From: Alphaproteobacteria bacterium
Lineage (GTDB): Bacteria; Pseudomonadota; Alphaproteobacteria; GCA-2746255
Direction: 5' to 3'
Assembly (NCBI GenBank): GCA_021776275.1
Contig: JAJFGH010000048.1
Coordinates: 1 to 43,940, forward strand
DNA length: 43,940 bases
Made by a program: the position numbers and the translations under genes. This document shows positions 37,279-43,940 of this stretch, in pieces. Under the pieces are notes generated by a model. It did no database searches, was not told the origin of the DNA, and worked only from the letters and a program-made list of their open reading frames with translations. Position 1 is the stretch's first letter. The number at the start of each line of letters is the position of its first letter.

Positions 37279-38190
37279 ATGTCCCTGGATGCCGACATCC
37301 GAATCGATCGTCAACGTCTAAAGCGTAAGCTCGCCTTCTGGCGGGTGCTGGCCGTGCTTGCCTTGCTGGCCGTGCTTCTGGTCGCCAGCGGCCGGGGCCT
37401 GGATCCGCTGCGCGGCCCCTATATCGCCCGCATCGACGTTACCGGGGTCATCGTCGAGGACCGCGAACGCGACACAGTCCTGCAGGAAATAGCGGCAAAC
37501 GACCGGGTTCGGGCCGTGCTGGTCTATATCGACAGCCCCGGCGGCACGATGGTGGGCGGGGAGACCCTTTATAAGGGTTTGCGCGCCATTGCCGAAAAAA
37601 AGCCCGTTGTCGCGGTGCTTGGCACGGTCGCCGCTTCCGGCGGCTACATGACGGCGATTGCCGCTGATCACATCGTGGCCCGCGAAGGGACGATCACCGG
37701 CTCGATCGGCGTCATCTTTCAAACGGCAGAAATCACCTCGTTGCTGAAAAAGCTCGGCGTTGAAACAACGGCCATCAAAAGCGCGCCGCTGAAAGCGTCG
37801 CCCTCGCCGCTCGAAAAACTGACGCCGCAGGCACGCAAGGCCACCCAAATCCTCGTCGATGACATGTTCGAGCTGTTCATCGACATGGTGGCGGACCGCC
37901 GCGGCCTGGACCGGGGGACGGTCCGCACCCTCGCCGATGGCCGGGTCTATACGGGCCGTCAGGCGAAGGTCAAGAAGCTGGTGGATGCGCTGGGGGGCGA
38001 AGGGGAGGCCCGGCAATGGCTGGAGACCGCCCGTGGGGTCGATCCGGAGCTGCCGGTCCGGGACGTGGTGGTCCATCCCGAGGACCTGCTGTGGCGCCGG
38101 GCGGGCACGGCGATTTTCGGAAAAGCGGTTTTTTCTGAAAGGCTTACCCTTGACGGCTTGGTTTCGCTCTGGCACCCTGAACGGCCTTAA
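37279..38190 (+). CDS. sppA: signal peptide peptidase SppA, 36K type
   Basis: N-terminal TM and ClpP/crotonase-like S49 motifs (IDSPGG, AASGGYM). Confidence 0.85.
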   Translation: MSLDADIRIDRQRLKRKLAFWRVLAVLALLAVLLVASGRGLDPLRGPYIARIDVTGVIVEDRERDTVLQEIAANDRVRAVLVYIDSPGGTMVGGETLYKGLRAIAEKKPVVAVLGTVAASGGYMTAIAADHIVAREGTITGSIGVIFQTAEITSLLKKLGVETTAIKSAPLKASPSPLEKLTPQARKATQILVDDMFELFIDMVADRRGLDRGTVRTLADGRVYTGRQAKVKKLVDALGGEGEARQWLETARGVDPELPVRDVVVHPEDLLWRRAGTAIFGKAVFSERLTLDGLVSLWHPERP

Positions 38191-38249
38191 TCCGCCGTTC
38201 GCGCCGATTGGGAGTGCAGCGAAACACGTGGCGAGGGACAAGGCCGACC

Positions 38250-38534
38250 ATGACAAAATCCGAATTAATTCAGTATCTCGCAGAGCAGAATCCCCATCTT
38301 TATCAGCGGGACATCGAACGCGTCGTGGCAACCATTTTCGATGAAATTGCCGCCGCCCTCGCCCATGGCGAACGGGTCGAGCTGCGTGGCTTTGGCGCGT
38401 TCTCGGTGAAACGCCGCGATGCCCGGGTTGGGCGCAACCCGCGGACCGGCGAAACGGTTCGCGTGGCCGAGAAATTCATTCCTTTCTTCAAGACCGGTAA
38501 GGAGCTCCGGGAACGGCTGAACGGCAAGGGCTAA
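38250..38534 (+). CDS. ihfB: integration host factor beta subunit
   Basis: MTKSELI...[38 protein letters not shown], 94 aa, located downstream of rpsA as in many Proteobacteria. Confidence 0.88.
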   Translation: MTKSELIQYLAEQNPHLYQRDIERVVATIFDEIAAALAHGERVELRGFGAFSVKRRDARVGRNPRTGETVRVAEKFIPFFKTGKELRERLNGKG

Positions 38535-38584
38535 CGCCGCCGCAGGCCTCGCCCGTCTCTGGGCCGGAACGAGATTTCAAGGCC

Positions 38585-38923
38585 ATGCGGTTTCTTGCCC
38601 GCCTTTTCGCCTTTGCTTTTGCCCTTTTTGCCATTCTTTTTGCCGCCGCCAATCCTGGCGATCTGACGGTCGAACTCTGGCCGTTGCCCTATGTGGTGAC
38701 GCTGCCGGTCTATGCGGCGATCTTGGGCGCGGCCGTTTTTGGTTTTCTTGCCGGGGCCCTGGCCGTGTGGCCGTCGCTGCACCGTTCGCAGCGGCTGGCC
38801 CGGCGCGAAGCCAAGGAGATCGCGGCCCTTGAGGAAGAGACGGCGCGTCTTCGCGATCCCGATGCGCCGCCGCCAAAGCGGTCCCTGTTTCCGCGTCTCT
38901 TGTCCGGCCGAAAAGGCCCCTGA
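38585..38923 (+). CDS. lapA: LapA/DUF1049-like inner-membrane protein
   Basis: Two TM helices are followed by a charged coiled segment. It lies between ihfB and pyrF, as E. coli lapA lies next to pyrF. Confidence 0.62.
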   Translation: MRFLARLFAFAFALFAILFAAANPGDLTVELWPLPYVVTLPVYAAILGAAVFGFLAGALAVWPSLHRSQRLARREAKEIAALEEETARLRDPDAPPPKRSLFPRLLSGRKGP

Positions 38924-39033
38924 ACGGGCCGGGGCAAGGCGGGCAGGGTTTTTGGAAATCTGCTATATAGGCGCCGGCCCCCAGACGATGAGGGCTTTTT
39001 CCGGAACGCCACGTGACGCGAGCACCGAAGCCA

Positions 39034-39759
39034 ATGACCCCAGGCGATCCCGCCAAGCGAATTTTTTGCGCGGTTGATACGAACGACCTTGCCGTGGCGC
39101 GCGGCTTTGCCCGCGCGCTTGGCGCACGCGTCGGCGGCATCAAGCTTGGCCTGGAATTTTTCACCGCCCTTGGGCCCGAAGGCGTGCGTGCCCTTGGCGA
39201 TGCGGCGCCGCTTTTCCTCGACCTTAAATATCATGACATTCCGAACACGGTGGCCGGGGCCGTTCACGCTGCGGTGGGCTTGGGGCCCCGTTTTCTCACG
39301 GTGCACATAGCGGGCGGCGCGGCGATGTTGCGGGCCGCGGCGGAGGCGGCGGCGACGGCGGCAAAGACCGCCGGATGCGCCCGCCCGCTTTTGCTGGGTG
39401 TGACGGTGCTGACAAGCCTGGACGCCCAGGATCTGGACGCGGTCGGCCTTCGCGGCCCGATCGGCGAACGCGCGTTGCGCCTGGCGGAGCTTGCGGCCGA
39501 GGCCGGGCTCGATGGGGTTGTGGCGTCGGCCCAGGAAGCGCCGGCCATCCGCAAACGATTGGGCCCCGATTTTAAACTCGTCGTGCCGGGGATTCGGCCC
39601 TCCTTCGCACAAATCGCCGACCAAAAACGCGTGACGACGCCCGCCGAAGCGCTGGCCGCCGGCGCCGATTTTCTCGTCATCGGCCGGCCGATCACCGAGG
39701 CGGACGATCCCCTCGCCGCGTTGGACCGGATCGTCGAGGAAATCGACGGCGCTTCATGA
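39034..39759 (+). CDS. pyrF: orotidine-5'-phosphate decarboxylase
   Basis: IFCAVD...GGIKLGLEFF, LDLKYHDIPNTV and ...FLVIGRPI motifs are present. The ATG at 39034 was chosen; GTG at 39013 is an equally possible start. Confidence 0.87.
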   Translation: MTPGDPAKRIFCAVDTNDLAVARGFARALGARVGGIKLGLEFFTALGPEGVRALGDAAPLFLDLKYHDIPNTVAGAVHAAVGLGPRFLTVHIAGGAAMLRAAAEAAATAAKTAGCARPLLLGVTVLTSLDAQDLDAVGLRGPIGERALRLAELAAEAGLDGVVASAQEAPAIRKRLGPDFKLVVPGIRPSFAQIADQKRVTTPAEALAAGADFLVIGRPITEADDPLAALDRIVEEIDGAS

Positions 39760-40394
39760 CGGTGGAAGCAAAAATTTGCGGCGTCGCGACGCCGGAGGCG
39801 CTGGCGGCGGCGGTCGAGGGCGGCGCCCAATTCGTCGGCTTCGTCTTCTACCCGCCTTCGCCACGGCACCTTGCGCTGGAGACGGCGCGCGGCCTGGCCC
39901 TTGCCACGGCTGCGGGGGTGCAAAAGGTCGGTCTTTTCGTCGATGCGGCGGATGCGGAAATGGCCGCCGTCTGCGAGGCCGTGCCGCTCGATCTCTTGCA
40001 ATTGCATGGCGAGGAGACGCCCGCGCGGGTGGCGGCCGTTCGCGCACGATTTGGCCTGCCCGTTATGAAGGCCATCCGCCTTGGCGCGGCCGAAGACGTT
40101 GCGAAGGCGGCGGCCTATTCGGACGTTGCCGACCGGTTGCTGTTCGATGCGCGTGGACCGGCAGGGAGTTTGCCCGGGGGAAGGGGCCAAGCCTTTGAAT
40201 GGAAATGGCTTTTAGGACATGATGGGCCGTTGCCCTGGATGTTGTCCGGGGGGCTCAACGCCTCTAATGTGGCGATGGCTGTCCGGCAAAGCGGTGCCCG
40301 GGCGGTCGACGTTTCCTCCGGCGTCGAGGACAAACCGGGCCATAAGGACCCAAAGCGGATCGCCGAATTTCTTTCGGCGCTTGCCGCGCTTTGA
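39756..40394 (+). CDS. trpF: N-(5'-phosphoribosyl)anthranilate isomerase
   Basis: KICGV......A...GA...GFVF...SPR ... LQLHG.E ... LSGGL....V are present. ATGA overlap with the pyrF stop. Confidence 0.9.
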   Translation: MTVEAKICGVATPEALAAAVEGGAQFVGFVFYPPSPRHLALETARGLALATAAGVQKVGLFVDAADAEMAAVCEAVPLDLLQLHGEETPARVAAVRARFGLPVMKAIRLGAAEDVAKAAAYSDVADRLLFDARGPAGSLPGGRGQAFEWKWLLGHDGPLPWMLSGGLNASNVAMAVRQSGARAVDVSSGVEDKPGHKDPKRIAEFLSALAAL

Positions 40395-40419
40395 ATTTAT
40401 AGGCCAAAGAAGGAACGGC

Positions 40420-41646
40420 ATGACGGACCCGGCCAAACAAAAGGTCAACACCTATCGCGATGGCCCCGATCGGGAGGGGCATTTCGGAATTTTTGGTGGG
40501 CGTTTCGTCGCCGAAACGCTGATGCCGCTCGTCCTCGAGGTGGAGAAGGCCTATGAGGCGGCGAAGCAAGACAAAGCCTTTGTCCGCGAGCTTGCCTATT
40601 ACCTCGAACATTATGCCGGCCGGCCAAGCCCGCTTTACTTTGCCGAAGGGCTGACCCGGCATTTCGGCGGCGCGAAGGTTTATTTCAAACGGGACGAGCT
40701 CAACCATACGGGCGCGCACAAGATCAACAATTGCATCGGCCAAGTGCTGCTTGCCCGCAAGATGAAAAAAACGCGCATCATTGCCGAGACCGGCGCCGGC
40801 CAGCATGGCGTTGCGACGGCGACGGTTTGCGCCTTGTTTGGCCTGGATTGCCGCATCTATATGGGCGAGGTCGACATGAAGCGGCAATCGCCAAACGTCT
40901 TTCGGATGAAGTTGCTGGGCGCGGAAGTCGTGCCGGTAACGTCCGGTTCGGCGACGTTGAAAGATGCGATGAACGAGGCGCTGCGCGATTGGGTGACGAA
41001 CGTTGAAGACACCTATTACCTGATTGGCACGGCCGCCGGCCCGCACCCTTATCCGGAAATGGTGCGCGACTTTCAATCCGTGATCGGTGGCGAGGTCCGC
41101 AAACAGATCATGAAGGCCGAGGGCCGCCTACCGGACAGCCTGGTGGCGTGCATCGGCGGCGGCTCGAACGCGATCGGCCTGTTCCATCCCTTTCTCGACG
41201 ACCGCGACATTCGCCTGATCGGCGTCGAAGCCGCCGGCAAGGGCATCGAAACCGGCGAGCACGCCGCGTCGCTTTCGGCCGGATCGCCCGGCGTCCTGCA
41301 TGGCAACCGCACCTATCTGCTGCAGGACGCGGACGGGCAGATCCAAAACGCCCATTCGATTTCCGCCGGCCTCGATTATCCCGGCATCGGGCCCGAGCAT
41401 GCCTGGCTCCACGAGATGGACCGGGTGGAATATGTCGCCGTTACAGACGTGGAGGCGCTGGAGGCTTTCCAGCTTTGTTCGCGCATCGAAGGCATCGTGC
41501 CGGCGTTGGAGCCATCCCATGCGCTGGCCCATGTGGCGAAGCTTGCCCCGGATTTGCCGGCGGAGCATTTGCTGGTCATGAATCTTTGCGGCCGTGGCGA
41601 CAAGGACATCTTCACGGTTGCCGAAGCCTTGGGAGTTACGCTTTGA
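40420..41646 (+). CDS. trpB: tryptophan synthase beta chain
   Basis: [16 protein letters not shown], the PLP Lys motif [11 protein letters not shown] and GGGSNAIG are present. GAAGGA SD precedes the ATG at 40420. The ORF-track start at 40219 lies inside trpF and was rejected. Confidence 0.95.
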   Translation: MTDPAKQKVNTYRDGPDREGHFGIFGGRFVAETLMPLVLEVEKAYEAAKQDKAFVRELAYYLEHYAGRPSPLYFAEGLTRHFGGAKVYFKRDELNHTGAHKINNCIGQVLLARKMKKTRIIAETGAGQHGVATATVCALFGLDCRIYMGEVDMKRQSPNVFRMKLLGAEVVPVTSGSATLKDAMNEALRDWVTNVEDTYYLIGTAAGPHPYPEMVRDFQSVIGGEVRKQIMKAEGRLPDSLVACIGGGSNAIGLFHPFLDDRDIRLIGVEAAGKGIETGEHAASLSAGSPGVLHGNRTYLLQDADGQIQNAHSISAGLDYPGIGPEHAWLHEMDRVEYVAVTDVEALEAFQLCSRIEGIVPALEPSHALAHVAKLAPDLPAEHLLVMNLCGRGDKDIFTVAEALGVTL

Positions 41647-42506
41647 GCGCGGGGCGCCTGGCGCAGCGTTTTGCTGCCCTGGCGAAAGCGGGCCGGGCGG
41701 GCTTCATTCCCTTTATTACGGCGGGCGATCCGGACGCGGCGACGTCCCTTGCCATCCTTAAAGGGCTGGCGGGCGCGGGCGCGGATGCGATCGAGCTGGG
41801 CATGCCGTTCTCGGACCCGATGGCGGACGGCCCGACCATTCAGGCAAGCTCGTTGCGGGCCCTTAAGGCCGGCGAGACCCTTCGCCATACCCTTGAGATG
41901 GTGCGCGCCTTTCGCAAGGAAGACGCGGAAACGCCCCTGGTGCTGATGGGCTATTACAACCCAATCTACGTTTACGGGGTGGCGGCGTTTTTGCGCGACG
42001 CGCTGGCGGCCGGGGTCGATGGCTTGATCGTGGTCGATCTGCCGCCGGAAGAGGACGGCGAGCTTTGCTTGCCCGCGATTGACGCGGGCCTGCCCTTTAT
42101 CCGGCTGGCGACGCCGACGACGGACGACCGGCGTTTGCCGAAGGTGCTCGAAAATGCCCAAGGCTTTCTTTATTACGTTTCCATCACCGGCATCACCGGC
42201 ACCCAGGCGGCATCCAACGCCGCCGTGGCCGAGGCCGTGGCGCGGCTTCGCCGGCACACGGATTTGCCGATCGCCGTCGGTTTCGGCATTCGTTCGCCGG
42301 AACAGGCGAAAAATATGGCGGGCATCGCCGATGCCGTCGTCGTCGGCTCGGCGGTGGTGCAGAAAATTGAAGAAGGGGTTGCTTCGGGACGCGTACAGGC
42401 GGATCTGGTCGATGCCGTTCTTCAATTTGTTGGGGAACTTGCGGCCGGTGTCGGCAAGGCCAGCCGCACATCGAAACCGCGCTCTTCCAGAGAGGACGTC
42501 GCATGA
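41643..42506 (+). CDS. trpA: tryptophan synthase alpha chain
   Basis: [28 protein letters not shown] and ...YYVS.TGITG are present. The TTG start overlaps the trpB stop (TTGA). The 452-aa ORF-track version extends into trpB. Confidence 0.88.
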   Translation: MSAGRLAQRFAALAKAGRAGFIPFITAGDPDAATSLAILKGLAGAGADAIELGMPFSDPMADGPTIQASSLRALKAGETLRHTLEMVRAFRKEDAETPLVLMGYYNPIYVYGVAAFLRDALAAGVDGLIVVDLPPEEDGELCLPAIDAGLPFIRLATPTTDDRRLPKVLENAQGFLYYVSITGITGTQAASNAAVAEAVARLRRHTDLPIAVGFGIRSPEQAKNMAGIADAVVVGSAVVQKIEEGVASGRVQADLVDAVLQFVGELAAGVGKASRTSKPRSSREDVA

Positions 42507-43411
42507 ATTGGTTACGCAATTTCGTTCGCCCAAAGATACGTGCCATCGTGCGCAAGCGCGAGGTGCCGGAAAATCTTTGGGAAACCTGTTCGGATTGCGG
42601 GCAGATGATCTTTCACCGCGAGTTGGAAGCGAATTTGCGCGTTTGCACGGAATGCGGTTTTCACATGCGGCTTACGCCGGAGGCGCGGCTCGCCCTGCTG
42701 TTCGATGGGGGGGAGTATCACCGCATCGAACTTCCCGAAGTGCCGTCGGACCCGCTTCGCTTTCGCGACAAGCGGCGCTATGCGGACCGGTTAAAGGACG
42801 CGCGCAGCAAGACGGGTGAAAACGATGCGATCGTCGTCGCCCATGGGAAAATCGGTGGCGTCAACACCGTCATTGCTGCCTTCAATTTTGCGTTTCTGGG
42901 CGGGTCGATGGGAATGGCCGTCGGCGAGGGCATCGTGGCGGCGGCAAGGCTGGCGCTGCTTCAGGAATCGCCCTTCGTCGTGATCCCCGCATCGGGCGGC
43001 GCGCGCATGCAGGAGGGCGTGCTCTCCTTGATGCAGATGGCCCGGACAACGGTCGCCGTCGAAGAAGTAAAAGAGGCGGGGCTTCCCTATATCGTTCTGT
43101 TGACGAACCCGACGACCGGGGGCGTCACGGCATCCTTTGCCATGCTTGGCGATCTAGCCATCGCCGAGCCCGGCGCCATTATCGGCTTTGCTGGTGCGCG
43201 CGTGATCGAAACAACGATCCGGGAATCCTTGCCGGAAGAGTTTCAGCGCTCGGAATATTTGCTTCAGCACGGCATGATCGACATGGTCGTGCCGCGGTCG
43301 GAGCTTCGCGACACCATGGCCCGGGTTCTCGGCCTCTTGCGCAACCGGGGGCCTGCCGGCGACGTTATTCCCATTGCGCGGACGGAAATCGCGCCGCCGC
43401 GCCCGGACTGA
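42503..43411 (+). CDS. accD: acetyl-CoA carboxylase carboxyltransferase beta subunit
   Basis: N-terminal Zn ribbon (CSDCGQMIF...CTECGFH) and a carboxyltransferase core (FLGGSMG). ATGA overlap with trpA. Confidence 0.93.
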   Translation: MNWLRNFVRPKIRAIVRKREVPENLWETCSDCGQMIFHRELEANLRVCTECGFHMRLTPEARLALLFDGGEYHRIELPEVPSDPLRFRDKRRYADRLKDARSKTGENDAIVVAHGKIGGVNTVIAAFNFAFLGGSMGMAVGEGIVAAARLALLQESPFVVIPASGGARMQEGVLSLMQMARTTVAVEEVKEAGLPYIVLLTNPTTGGVTASFAMLGDLAIAEPGAIIGFAGARVIETTIRESLPEEFQRSEYLLQHGMIDMVVPRSELRDTMARVLGLLRNRGPAGDVIPIARTEIAPPRPD

Positions 43412-43435
43412 TTTCATGCGGCTTCGGAGACGCGC

Positions 43436-43940
43436 GTGACGCGGACGGTGGATCCGATCCTCGAACGGCTGGCAAGGCTGCACCCGAAGGCGATCGACCT
43501 TTCGCTGGCGCGGATTGCGCGGCTGCTGGCGGCCCTCGATCATCCTGAAGCGGCGCTTCCCCCCGTTCTGCACGTGGCCGGTACGAACGGCAAAGGTTCC
43601 GTCATTGCCTTTCTTCAGGCGATTTTCGGCGCGGCCGGGTATCGGGTTCAGGCCTATACTTCGCCCCATCTCGTTCGTTTCAACGAACGCATCCGCTTGA
43701 ACGGCCGGCCGATTGACGAGGCGCGTCTCGCTTGTCTGCTCGAGCGTTGCGAGACGGCGAACGGGAACGAAGCGGTCACCTTTTTCGAGATCACCACGGC
43801 GGCGGCCTTTCTGGCCTTTGCCGAAGCGCGGGCGGAAGGTGACGTGCTGCTGCTGGAAACGGGCCTGGGTGGCCGGCTCGACGCGACGAACCAGATTGCC
43901 CGGCCGCTGCTTTCCGTGCTGACGCCGATTGGAATCGACC
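43436..43940 (+). CDS. folC: bifunctional folylpolyglutamate synthase/dihydrofolate synthase, 3'-truncated by window edge
   Basis: This ORF is not in the supplied track because it is open at the window end. My translation from GTG at 43436 is VTRTVDPILERLARLHPKAIDLSLARIARLL...LHVAGTNGKGSV...YTSPHLVRFNERI...LLLETGLGGRLDATN, which has the Mur-ligase P-loop. accD-folC order matches E. coli. Confidence 0.85.
   Translation, partial: MTRTVDPILERLARLHPKAIDLSLARIARLLAALDHPEAALPPVLHVAGTNGKGSVIAFLQAIFGAAGYRVQAYTSPHLVRFNERIRLNGRPIDEARLACLLERCETANGNEAVTFFEITTAAAFLAFAEARAEGDVLLLETGLGGRLDATNQIARPLLSVLTPIGID

Noticed and set aside
41376-42533. 385-aa minus-strand ORF opposite trpA and the trpB end
   Set aside because: It is antisense to clear TrpB/TrpA coding sequence with an Arg/Gly/Ala-biased composition, so it is a shadow ORF. 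The same reasoning applies to 13615-14718, 37318-38331, 33675-34616, 38710-39624, 39264-40190, 2549-3481 and 8837-9889.

Overview
This is a high-GC, almost fully coding stretch of core chromosome. Gene content and order look alphaproteobacterial, probably Rhodospirillales-like: gltD-gltB order, an NDUFA9-like gene, Hsp20 plus a DUF1150-like gene behind a ROSE-like leader, and a FYDLN_acid protein next to aroA-cmk-rpsA. I can support 44 CDS (two cut by the window edges), 2 tRNAs and a few cis elements.

Gene blocks, in order:
- Seven queuosine genes: queC-queE-queD (+) converge on queF-tgt-queA-queG (-).
- On the same minus strand, thrS-infC-rpmI-rplT-pheS-pheT, with pheT running directly into queG.
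- Two glycosyltransferases (GT4, GT9), an alpha/beta hydrolase, an SDR-like protein and a GST.
- gltD-gltB, uppP, an NDUFA9-like SDR, tRNA-Leu(CAG) and a small RNase D.
- kdsD-lptC-lptA-lptB-rpoN-ptsN.
- hsp20 plus a DUF1150-like gene, tRNA-Ala(GGC) and a FYDLN_acid zinc-ribbon protein.
- aroA-cmk-rpsA-sppA-ihfB-lapA-pyrF-trpF-trpB-trpA-accD-folC. The partial folC at the 3' edge is missing from the supplied ORF track.

I see no mobile elements, CRISPR arrays, prophage genes, defence islands or toxin-antitoxin pairs. I cannot honestly point to a new multi-gene system here.

The items most worth a second look:
- The single-locus queuosine supercluster fused to the translation-factor operon.
- A structured queF leader that matches no preQ1 riboswitch I know.
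- infC starting at AUA behind a GGAGG Shine-Dalgarno (SD).
- A sigma-32-type promoter plus ROSE-like RNA thermometer upstream of hsp20.
- A perfect 21-bp palindrome and a 35% GC island in the gltD/uppP divergent region.
- A tandemly duplicated LptA.

Most long ORFs on the strand opposite these genes are high-GC shadow ORFs. Many ORF-track N-termini run upstream of the real start, so I trimmed them by homology-style N-terminal reasoning and SD placement.
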